Assembly: GCA_964453345.1 (NCBI GenBank)
Contig: CAYVOC010000013.1
Coordinates: forward strand, 1-39,934
Length of the DNA stretch: 39,934 bases
Reading direction: 5' to 3'
Source: an uncultured Aquificales bacterium
GTDB lineage: Bacteria; Thermosulfidibacterota; Thermosulfidibacteria; Thermosulfidibacterales; Thermosulfidibacteraceae
Position 1 is the stretch's first letter; every line of letters begins with the position of its first letter. A program made the translations under genes and the position numbers. This document shows, piece by piece, positions 8,333 through 16,324 of this stretch. Below the pieces are notes generated by a model. It saw only the letters and a program-made list of their open reading frames with translations, made no database searches and was not told the origin of the DNA.

Positions 8333-9672
8333 CAGGAGAGCACCTCTTTGAGCATGGAGACCGTCTGGTCAAAGTCGTAATGCTCGTCAACATCCTGCTT
8401 CAAAAAGTTATCCAGCTTGGGCTTGTATTTTATCGCCTCGTCTATCTCAGGATTGGACCCCGCCTTGTAGGCGCCTATGTTTATTAGATCCTCAGCCTCC
8501 CTGTAAACAGCCAGAAGGTTTCTGGCCCTGGCGGCAAGCCTGTAGTGCTCCCTGTCCACTATGTCGTGCATGACCCTGGACACGCTCTGCAGAACATCTA
8601 TCGCCGGATAGTGGGACCTTGAGGCAAGCTCCCTGGTAAGAACTATGTGGCCGTCAAGTATCGCCCTGACCGCATCGGCAACGGGCTCCTCCATGTCGCT
8701 TCCCTCAACCAGCACGGTGAAGATCCCGGTTATGCTTCCCTTGTCAGAGGTTCCGGCCCTCTCAAGGAGCCTGGGTAGAAGGGAGAAGACAGAGGGGGTG
8801 TATCCCCTTGTGGTCGGAGGCTCGCCAACGGACAGCCCTATTTCCCTCTGGGCCATGGCAAATCTTGTCACGGAGTCCATCATGAAAAGAACATCCATCC
8901 CCTGATCCCTGAAGAATTCCGCTATGGTCATGGCAACAAAGCAGGCAGCCTTCCTCAGAACGGGGGGCATGTCGGAGGTGGCCACAACCACCACACTCTT
9001 CTTCAGCCCCTCCTCCCCCAAGTTCTTCTCTATGAACTCCCTGACCTCCCTGCCCCTCTCACCCACCAGCGCTATCACATTCACATCCGCCTTGGCGTAT
9101 CTGGCTATCATACCGAGCAACGTGCTTTTTCCCACACCGGAGCCCGCAAAGATGCCTATCCTCTGACCCTTGCCCACGGTCAAGAAGGCATCTATCGCCT
9201 TTACGCCTGTGGGTAGCACTTCGCTGATCATGCTTCTCTCAAGGGGCTTTGGGGCGGGCCTGTATATGGGCAGCTCCTCCTCCCAGACCACAGGTCCCTT
9301 ACCGTCCATGGGGTTTCCAAGTCCATCGAGAACCCGCCCTATGAGATCGTGCCCAACCTTAACGGAGACAAAGTTGCCCGTAGCCCTCACCTTGCTCCCC
9401 ACGGAAACACCGGCAAGCTCCCCGAAGGGCATCATCAAGACATTTTTGCCCCTGAAGCCGACAACCTCGGCGAGTATCGGCTCCCCATTTGTATGGTTGT
9501 GCCTCTTGGTGCCGGTGTCCGGGTATATGTGGCACAGCTCGCCTATGAAGGTGGCCGGCCCCTCGGATTCAACGAACAGTCCAACAATATTCTTCACCCT
9601 TCCGTAGTGCCTTACGGGATCATACTCCTCAAGAAGCTGTCTGAGAACCGATAGCTTCTGGAGGCTACTCAC
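8332..9672 (-). CDS. fliI: flagellar export ATPase FliI
   Basis: Walker A GIFAGSGVGKST, VGERGREV, DSVTRFAMAQREIGL, GEPP. Confidence 0.97.
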   Translation of the reverse strand: MSSLQKLSVLRQLLEEYDPVRHYGRVKNIVGLFVESEGPATFIGELCHIYPDTGTKRHNHTNGEPILAEVVGFRGKNVLMMPFGELAGVSVGSKVRATGNFVSVKVGHDLIGRVLDGLGNPMDGKGPVVWEEELPIYRPAPKPLERSMISEVLPTGVKAIDAFLTVGKGQRIGIFAGSGVGKSTLLGMIARYAKADVNVIALVGERGREVREFIEKNLGEEGLKKSVVVVATSDMPPVLRKAACFVAMTIAEFFRDQGMDVLFMMDSVTRFAMAQREIGLSVGEPPTTRGYTPSVFSLLPRLLERAGTSDKGSITGIFTVLVEGSDMEEPVADAVRAILDGHIVLTRELASRSHYPAIDVLQSVSRVMHDIVDREHYRLAARARNLLAVYREAEDLINIGAYKAGSNPEIDEAIKYKPKLDNFLKQDVDEHYDFDQTVSMLKEVLS

Positions 9673-10534
9673 CGTTTACCCTTTTCAGAACCATCTCCTG
9701 AAATTCCTTAAGCCTCGCACAGAGACTCGTCTCAATGGAGCCGGCCTCCGTCTCAATAACGCAGGCTCCCCTCTTTAAGGTGCCATCCTCCTTAACCTCA
9801 AGCCAGGGCGGGATCTCCAGATCCTCTATGAACTTTGCATCCCTTGGATTTATGAAGAGGGTCGCTTTATGGTTATCGGAAAGCTTCTCTATCAGCTCCC
9901 TCACCGTCTCCCTCACGATCTTCTCAGGCGGAATGTAAAAAAAGAGCTTCTGCATGGCGGTTATAACCACCTCCAGCAATAGATCCTCACTTGAAGCGAG
10001 CACATCCTCAAAGCGCTTCTTCAAATCCGAAAGCTCGTTTAAGGAACGCTGGGCCTCTTGGAGGATCTTCCTGTATCTATCCTCAATTATCCTTCTCGCT
10101 TCGGCCTTTCCCTCTTCAAAGCCTTTGGAATACCCCTCCCTTTTTCCAAGCTCAAACCCCTCCTCTTTGCCAGCCTCAATCCCCTCACTCTTACCGGCCT
10201 TAAAACCCTCCTCCTTCCCCTTGGCAAAGCCCTCGGAGTAGCCCTTCTTCAGTCCCTCGGTTCTTCCCTGTTTAAAGCCCTTCTCATAGCCCTCCCTATA
10301 CCCCCTTTCCCTCGCCTCCTGGTAAATCCTCTCCAAATCCTGCTCGGAAACAGCTTGCTTCGAAGCTTCGGTCTGATCAGACTGCTTTTCCTGTTCAGTC
10401 TCTTCCTCCTGCTCTTCCTCAACGGAAGGCTTAACCACCTCACCATCTATGGTCAGAAGACAAAACCCCCCTATGCGATCGTCATCCACCTCGTGGGACT
10501 TTATTATCTTGCCGCTACGTGATGATTTCTTCAC
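9665..10534 (-). CDS. fliH: flagellar assembly protein FliH
   Basis: AxxxG(xxxG)nxxxA repeat, C-terminal INPRD...GACVIETEAGSIE; between fliG and fliI. Confidence 0.92.
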   Translation of the reverse strand: MKKSSRSGKIIKSHEVDDDRIGGFCLLTIDGEVVKPSVEEEQEEETEQEKQSDQTEASKQAVSEQDLERIYQEARERGYREGYEKGFKQGRTEGLKKGYSEGFAKGKEEGFKAGKSEGIEAGKEEGFELGKREGYSKGFEEGKAEARRIIEDRYRKILQEAQRSLNELSDLKKRFEDVLASSEDLLLEVVITAMQKLFFYIPPEKIVRETVRELIEKLSDNHKATLFINPRDAKFIEDLEIPPWLEVKEDGTLKRGACVIETEAGSIETSLCARLKEFQEMVLKRVNGE

Positions 10535-11552
10535 CGGCTCCTCCTATGGAGATAACGCCCTCGTCCTCAAGCTTCCTTATGAGCTCAACTATCTCCCTCT
10601 GGGCCGCCTCAACATCCTTGAGCTTAACAGGGCCGAGATACTCCATCTCCTCCTTCAAGGTCTCCGCCGCACGCTGGGACATGTTCCTGAAGAACTTCTC
10701 CTTCACCTCATCGCTGGCGCCCTTCAGGGCCACCGTGAGCACCTTCTTATCAACACGCTTCAGGATTTCCCTTATGGCCACATCGTCAAGGTTGATGATA
10801 TCCTCAAAGACAAACATGAGATCCCTGACCTGGGTGACCAGATCGGGATCTTCCTTGGCAAGCTCGTCAAGGATCTCCTTCGTGGACTCCCTATCCATGC
10901 GGTTGAGGATCTCCGCAACGGTCTTGGGACCCCCGATCTCAACATTGGTGGTTCCAACGCTCTGCAGCTTCTCCTCCAGAACCACCGAAAGTCTTCTCAG
11001 AACCTCCGGGGATATATCGCTCAAGCTCGCGAGCCTCTTCACCACCTCAACCCTCAATCTATCCGGCAACTCGGCCAGACACTCAGCCGCCCTGGGAGGC
11101 TCAAGATGGGCAAGTATAAGGGCGATGGTCTGGGGATGCTCCTTCTGTATAATCTTTGCAAGCTGCTGGGGCCTTATGTTCCTCAGGGCCTCAAAACCTA
11201 TGGAGGTCTCCATGTTCTTAACCAGGCTTGCAACCACCCTTTTGGCCCTCTCAGGACCCAAGGCCTCAACCAGAACCTTCTTGGCATACTCCACGCCGCC
11301 CTTAACCAGCTGCTCCTTCGCCACGGAAAGGGCGAAAAACTCCTTCAGAACCTCCTTCGCAATCTCCGGATCCACGGTCTTCATCATGGCAATCTCTTTG
11401 GTTATCTCCTTTATCACATCCTCAGAGAGCTCCCTGAAAACCTTTGGGGCAACCTCCGGACCGAGAAGTATCAAGAGTATCGCCGCCTTCTGAACGCCGG
11501 TCAGCTCATCTATAGAAAGATGCTCCTGCTCCTTTACCTCTTCCTCTGCCAT
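10515..11552 (-). CDS. fliG: flagellar motor switch protein FliG
   Basis: LTGVQKAAILL, GGVEYA, EHPQTIALIL, MFVFED, NMSQRA motifs. Confidence 0.97.
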   Translation of the reverse strand: MAEEEVKEQEHLSIDELTGVQKAAILLILLGPEVAPKVFRELSEDVIKEITKEIAMMKTVDPEIAKEVLKEFFALSVAKEQLVKGGVEYAKKVLVEALGPERAKRVVASLVKNMETSIGFEALRNIRPQQLAKIIQKEHPQTIALILAHLEPPRAAECLAELPDRLRVEVVKRLASLSDISPEVLRRLSVVLEEKLQSVGTTNVEIGGPKTVAEILNRMDRESTKEILDELAKEDPDLVTQVRDLMFVFEDIINLDDVAIREILKRVDKKVLTVALKGASDEVKEKFFRNMSQRAAETLKEEMEYLGPVKLKDVEAAQREIVELIRKLEDEGVISIGGAGEEIIT

Positions 11553-13297
11553 CAGAACTCTCCCTCAACCCAGGATTCTATAAGCTTGGCAGCAGCCCCG
11601 GGATTCTTGGCAACCCACTCCCTCACCTTCCTCAACATGGCCTTGGTTTTGGCCTTTTCGCTCTTGAGATCCTCGAATATGTCCTCGCCTATGATCTCCT
11701 TGGCTATCTCCTCGGTGCTCAGGGGGATCTCCTCTTCTTCCTCCTCTTCCCCCGCACCGGGAGGGGTCTTCACCCCAACAGCGGATGGCGTCGTCAGATC
11801 AGACACCGCAACCCCGGCGGCAGCCCCCTCAACACCGGCGACGGCAGCTGCAGGCGCACCGGCCACAGAGGCCTCTTCCTCCTTGGCTCCACCCTCAATG
11901 ATGTATTTGACAATAGGCCTGATGACCAGAAGGAGAAACAGAATCAGAAAGACGAAGAAGGCCGCATACTTTATCAAAGCTATCAGGAACTCCCTCTGCT
12001 CCATCTTCTTCAACTCCTCTGCCTGCTGTTTGGCCCAGTCATTGCGGAACCTCAGGTTTACAACCTCAACGATATCCCCCCTCTTTTTATTATACCCTAT
12101 GGCCGCCATCACCAGCTTCCTTATGGACTCAAGCTCCTGCTGTGAAAGGGGTTTATATACCTCCACCTCCTTCTTTCCCTTCTTAACCTTCTCATAGTAG
12201 CCGTCCACCGTAACCGAGGCGGTGATGCGCTTTATAACACCGGGGGGAATCTGTATCTTTTCCGTGGTTTTGCTTATCTCGTAGTTTCGGGTGATCTTCT
12301 TTCTCGAGTAGTTCACGCTCTGTCCGGACAGTATCTGCTGGGCCGGCCCCAGGTTGGACTCAACCCCAGGTATCCCACCGGCACCGGGGATCTTGCCCTG
12401 GGCCTGCTCCTCTACCTGTTGCTCGCTCCTCACCACATTCTCGGGATCGTAGATCTCTTTAAGCTTCTCTATCTTGCTGTAATCAAGCTCCACCGTAACC
12501 TTGGCAACGGCCTTGCCCGGACCGAGGGCCTTGGTGAGCATGGAGAGGATCTTTTTTTCATACATCCTCTCCAGCTTCTTGCGATACTCAAGGCGATCGA
12601 GGGCGACCTTGCCCAGATCCTCCTTCTCCTTCTCGAGAAGGGCGGTGAGGTCCCTGCCCTTGGTGTCGACAACGGTTATGTTCTCCGGCTTAAGTCCCTC
12701 CACCGCACTGGCGACGAGATGGACTATGGCCTTTATCTGATCCGGCTTCAGATCAACATCGGGTTTGAGCTTCACAACAACGGTGGCCTTGGGAGGCTGC
12801 TGCTCCTCCAAAAATACGCTCTTTTTGGGAATAACCAGAAGAACCCTGGCGTCCTGTATGGGTTCAAGCTGCATAATGGTCCTTGCAAGCTCCCCTTGCA
12901 GCGCCCTCACATAGTTGACATGCTCTAAAAACTCCGTCATGCCTATGTTGGTTTTGTCAAATATCTCAAAGCCAACAACCCCACCCTTGGGCAGACCCTG
13001 GGCTGCAAACTCAAGCCTCAAAGAGTAGACCTTATCCTTCGGAACAAGAATGGTCTTTCCGCCCTTCTCAAGCCTGTAGGGTATGCCCTTGGCCTGAAGC
13101 TGCTTCACTATTTCAGCCGCATCCTTGGAGGAGAGATTGGAGTATAAAACGCCGAAATCCTCTCCCTTATGCAAAAAGGCGATGGATAAAAGGGCCACAA
13201 AGGCAGCAATCGCCGCCCCGGCTACAACATACCGTTGCCATTTGGGAAGCTGAAGAAAGGGTGAAGCGATCTGCCTTAAACTGTCCTTTAAAGCCAT
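11552..13297 (-). CDS. fliF: flagellar MS-ring protein FliF
   Basis: Two TM helices, GLPKGGVVGFEIFD, RALQGELARTI, LVASAVEGL.PENITVVD, NYEISKT. Confidence 0.97.
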   Translation of the reverse strand: MALKDSLRQIASPFLQLPKWQRYVVAGAAIAAFVALLSIAFLHKGEDFGVLYSNLSSKDAAEIVKQLQAKGIPYRLEKGGKTILVPKDKVYSLRLEFAAQGLPKGGVVGFEIFDKTNIGMTEFLEHVNYVRALQGELARTIMQLEPIQDARVLLVIPKKSVFLEEQQPPKATVVVKLKPDVDLKPDQIKAIVHLVASAVEGLKPENITVVDTKGRDLTALLEKEKEDLGKVALDRLEYRKKLERMYEKKILSMLTKALGPGKAVAKVTVELDYSKIEKLKEIYDPENVVRSEQQVEEQAQGKIPGAGGIPGVESNLGPAQQILSGQSVNYSRKKITRNYEISKTTEKIQIPPGVIKRITASVTVDGYYEKVKKGKKEVEVYKPLSQQELESIRKLVMAAIGYNKKRGDIVEVVNLRFRNDWAKQQAEELKKMEQREFLIALIKYAAFFVFLILFLLLVIRPIVKYIIEGGAKEEEASVAGAPAAAVAGVEGAAAGVAVSDLTTPSAVGVKTPPGAGEEEEEEEIPLSTEEIAKEIIGEDIFEDLKSEKAKTKAMLRKVREWVAKNPGAAAKLIESWVEGEF

Positions 13298-13304
13298 TTA
13301 GATG

Positions 13305-13607
13305 CTACACCTGCATGCGCATTATTTCCTGATAGGCTTCAAGGGCCTTGTTCCTCACCTCCATAAGCATCTTTAAGGAAACATCCGCCTTCTGAAGGGT
13401 GACCATGACCTTCTGTATATCCTGCTCCTTTCCCGTGGCAAGGGCTTTGAGGGCCTCCTCGGCCTCCAGCTGCATCTTGTTGACTTCTTTTATGCTTTCC
13501 TTCAGAACATCGGCGAAGGACTTGCCTGCGGTCTTCTTCTGCTTTGAAGGGGCATCCGCAGCGCCCTGGGCCATATTACTGTATATTTTGGCCACCCTGT
13601 TATTCAT
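13305..13607 (-). CDS. fliE: flagellar hook-basal body protein FliE
   Basis: SFADVLKESI...EVRNKALEAYQEIMRMQV. Confidence 0.96.
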   Translation of the reverse strand: MNNRVAKIYSNMAQGAADAPSKQKKTAGKSFADVLKESIKEVNKMQLEAEEALKALATGKEQDIQKVMVTLQKADVSLKMLMEVRNKALEAYQEIMRMQV

Positions 13608-13626
13608 GGAGCATCACCCCCTCGCT

Positions 13627-14085
13627 CTAAACCCTGCCCATCTCCAGCAGTTTCAATACCATATCCTTGGCGGAATTAAAAGCTGTCACATTGGCTTCAA
13701 AGGAACGGGAGGCAGAGATAAGATTGACCATCTCCTCAACCACGTCCACATTGGGGTAAAGGACGTATCCGTCCTTGTCCGCATCCGGATGGTAGGGATC
13801 GTAAACCTTCCTAAAGGGCTTTTTGTCCTCCACTATCTCCATAACCCTGACGCCCTGGGCCTGCTTGCCGGCGCCAAAGACAGCGCGCCTCAGAAAATCC
13901 CCGAAGCTTTGGGCTGTTCCATCCAAAGGGTCGGACACGAAGACCACATCCTTCCTCCTGTAGGGGCCGCCCTCAGGGGTTCTCGTGGTGTCGGCATTGG
14001 CGAGATTGGAAGAGATAACATTCATCCTGATCCTCTGGGCACTCATTCCGGAAGCGGCTATGTCAAATATGTTGAAAAAGCCCAT
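13627..14085 (-). CDS. flgC: flagellar basal-body rod protein FlgC
   Basis: [54 protein letters not shown]. Confidence 0.97.
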   Translation of the reverse strand: MGFFNIFDIAASGMSAQRIRMNVISSNLANADTTRTPEGGPYRRKDVVFVSDPLDGTAQSFGDFLRRAVFGAGKQAQGVRVMEIVEDKKPFRKVYDPYHPDADKDGYVLYPNVDVVEEMVNLISASRSFEANVTAFNSAKDMVLKLLEMGRV

Positions 14086-14087
14086 GG

Positions 14088-14498
14088 CTACCTCCCGGTT
14101 ATGGCGTATTTCAGTCTGGCAATCTGCTGGGAATAGGCCTGAACCAGAGTCTCATACATGAGCTGATTCTCAGAGAGCCTCGCCATTTCTCTGTCTATGT
14201 CAACCGTGTTCTCATCGTTCCTTTTGGGCCGCCAGACCCTGCTCACCCGCCCCTTCACATCCTCCAAGCCCTCCGGAACCACCTGGATATGCTCAGGATG
14301 GGTGGTGTAGAGGGGAAGTTCATCGCCCCCGTAAACAACCCGCTGCAGATCCCTTTCAAAGGAGAACCTGACGGCCTTGTAGTTGGGGGTGTCGGCGTTG
14401 GCTATGTTGGCCGATATAAACTTGTGTCTTTTCCTGTGAAGCCTCATCGACGCCTCAAGCACATCCAGAGCCATCCGGGAGTAGATCCTGTCAACCAT
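14088..14498 (-). CDS. flgB: flagellar basal-body rod protein FlgB
   Basis: ISANIANADTPNYK, DENTVDIDREMARL.ENQLMY; ATG at 14498 follows SD GGAGG (14509-14505). Confidence 0.95.
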   Translation of the reverse strand: MVDRIYSRMALDVLEASMRLHRKRHKFISANIANADTPNYKAVRFSFERDLQRVVYGGDELPLYTTHPEHIQVVPEGLEDVKGRVSRVWRPKRNDENTVDIDREMARLSENQLMYETLVQAYSQQIARLKYAITGR

Positions 14499-14521
14499 CA
14501 TCCACCTCCACCCCACACATT

Positions 14522-14537
14522 AGCAAACCGCGTGCCA
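14522..14537 (-). promoter_or_regulatory. sigma-54 (-24/-12) promoter of flgB operon
   Basis: TGGCACGCGGTTTGCT matches TGGCAC-N5-TTGCW exactly. Confidence 0.9.
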
Positions 14538-14538
14538 C

Positions 14539-15393
14539 TTAGTCCTTGGTCTGCCCTCCCGTATGCCTGTAGGGAACGGGAACATACTGGACAGAGGATT
14601 TGGTGTTCATGGGCTGCTCATAAAGATCCATCAGGGCGTAAACCTCCTCGGGAACATCCGTTGAAACCTTTATGCCCAGCTGCTCCAGATCCCTCTTCAT
14701 CAGGGGATAATCATGGGTCCACCTGCCCTGGGACAGCAGCTCAGCCACCTCATCGGCCCTCTTCTCGTCCCAACCCTTGTGCATGAGGATCTCCTTAACC
14801 GTATCCTTCATCTGGGCGAGGGCTTTTTTAGCCACATCGGCCATTATGAGGGTGTTATCGTCAATCTTGTCCACCGGCTTTTGATCAAGGACGGAGACTA
14901 TTGATGCGGCGGGCATCTGCCCAAGCTGGGGATCCACGGGTCCCAGAACGGCATTCTCGTCCATAACCACCTCATCGGCGGCGAGGGCAATGAGGGTTCC
15001 ACCGGACATGGCGAAGTGGGGGACAAAGACCGTCACCTTTGCGGGATGCTTCATGAGGGCATGGGCGATCTGCTTGGCGGCAAGCACCAGACCGCCGGGG
15101 GTGTGTATGATGAAATCTATGGGAACATCCTCCGGCGTCATTCTTATGGCCCTGAGCACGCTTTCGGAATCCTCCATGTCTATGAACTTCATTATGGGGA
15201 TGCCCAGAAGGCTCCTGGACTCCTGGCGGTGGATCATGGTGATGACCCTCGAGCCCCTTTTCTTCTCAATTTTGCGCATCAGCCTCAGCCTTGCTGCTTC
15301 AAGCATCCTCTGACGCATGAGGGGCATAAAGGATAGAAAGATCAGAAAAAGCCAGAACACATCAAAGACGCTGATGTGAGGCATCTGCTGCAT
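14539..15393 (-). CDS. SDH-family ClpP-fold serine protease (SDH_sah/DUF114), membrane anchored
   Basis: N-terminal TM, HTPGGLVLAA, AMSGGTLIALAADE, LGPVDPQ, WTHDYPL (Ser-Asp-His order); ATG at 15393 with SD GGAGGTG. Confidence 0.9.
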   Translation of the reverse strand: MQQMPHISVFDVFWLFLIFLSFMPLMRQRMLEAARLRLMRKIEKKRGSRVITMIHRQESRSLLGIPIMKFIDMEDSESVLRAIRMTPEDVPIDFIIHTPGGLVLAAKQIAHALMKHPAKVTVFVPHFAMSGGTLIALAADEVVMDENAVLGPVDPQLGQMPAASIVSVLDQKPVDKIDDNTLIMADVAKKALAQMKDTVKEILMHKGWDEKRADEVAELLSQGRWTHDYPLMKRDLEQLGIKVSTDVPEEVYALMDLYEQPMNTKSSVQYVPVPYRHTGGQTKD

Positions 15394-15425
15394 ATAGCAC
15401 CTCCGCCACATGTGGTTTTGCCTTT

Positions 15426-15454
15426 ATGATAAGCCCGACAAATATTGATTACAA
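15426..15454 (-). promoter_or_regulatory. putative sigma-70 promoter of SDH protease gene
   Basis: TTGTAA-N17-TATCAT. Confidence 0.6.
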
Positions 15455-15474
15455 GGGCGCTTTCGTTTTACTGT
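15445..15474 (+). promoter_or_regulatory. putative sigma-70 promoter of PAP2-murJ
   Basis: TTGATT-N18-TACTGT, ending 7 nt before the ATG at 15482. Confidence 0.4.
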
Positions 15475-15481
15475 ATGCGGC

Positions 15482-16324
15482 ATGAGGATTGAAGAGCTTA
15501 TAAACATCGCCTTCGGCCTCTTCATGTCCCTGCTGATCCTGTGGAAGCACGCCAGGATCCCCCTGTGGGGCCTCAAGCTCGGGGTAAACCTTGCCGTAAT
15601 AATTGCAACCCTGCTTGTAAGCAGAATGCCGGCCCGCAGGGGTTTCATGTTTCACTTCAGGAACTGGTATGTTGCAGCAGCCGTTCCCATATACTTCATG
15701 AACCTGAAGGGGGTGGTGGGAGGGGTAAACCCAACCAACTGGGATCTCTTTCTCATGCACGTGGACAAAGTCCTGTTCGGGGGAAGATACCCGGAGCTTC
15801 TAATAGAAAGGCTATACAACCCTTTGCTCAGCGAAATCCTGCAGATAGCCTACGTCAGCTACTTTTTCATCCCCCTGCTGGTGGGCATCCCCCTATACAG
15901 AAAGGACATCAGGGCCTTCAGAAGGGCCGCAACGGCCATCATCCTGACCTTCTATCTATCCTACGTGGGATACTTCATAGTCCCGGCGGTGGGTCCCCGG
16001 TTCTCCATGAGCGAGATGTTCACCAAACAGATAAGGGGAATTCTTCTCACCCCCTATCTCAAGGCCATCCTCAACAGACTCGAGCCAACCCCCCACGACT
16101 GCTTTCCAAGCGGACACACGGCTGTTTCCCTGGTCTGCATGTGGATCTCAATAAGAGAGAGAACCTCAAGAAAACTTGTCATCCCCTTGGTGCTGGGGCT
16201 TATACTTGCAACTGTATATCATAGATACCACTACGTCATCGATGTTCTGGCGGGAATGATCCTCGCCCTGGTGAGCTATCCACTCTCCCAGCGGATCTAC
16301 AGGCTATGGGAAAAAGAGAGATAA
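15482..16324 (+). CDS. PAP2 superfamily membrane phosphatase/phosphotransferase (Aur1/Ipt1-like, PAP2_3)
   Basis: PAVGPR, DCFPSGHT, RYHYVIDVLAG motifs; multiple TM helices. Confidence 0.88.
   Translation: MRIEELINIAFGLFMSLLILWKHARIPLWGLKLGVNLAVIIATLLVSRMPARRGFMFHFRNWYVAAAVPIYFMNLKGVVGGVNPTNWDLFLMHVDKVLFGGRYPELLIERLYNPLLSEILQIAYVSYFFIPLLVGIPLYRKDIRAFRRAATAIILTFYLSYVGYFIVPAVGPRFSMSEMFTKQIRGILLTPYLKAILNRLEPTPHDCFPSGHTAVSLVCMWISIRERTSRKLVIPLVLGLILATVYHRYHYVIDVLAGMILALVSYPLSQRIYRLWEKER

Noticed and set aside
10449-12197. 582-aa plus-strand ORF and many other long antisense ORFs (e.g. 5547-6566, 10519-11493, 23007-24029, 33468-34505)
   Set aside because: They lie opposite well-conserved genes, are Ser/Leu/Pro/Phe-rich mirrors of purine-rich codons, and show no motifs or SD; shadow ORFs.
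14499-14516. GTG start of flgB at 14516, and similar over-extended starts at 7947, 15411, 27587 and 35301
   Set aside because: The 14516 start lies upstream of the predicted sigma-54 start site; in each case a downstream ATG has the better SD and fits the family N-terminus.
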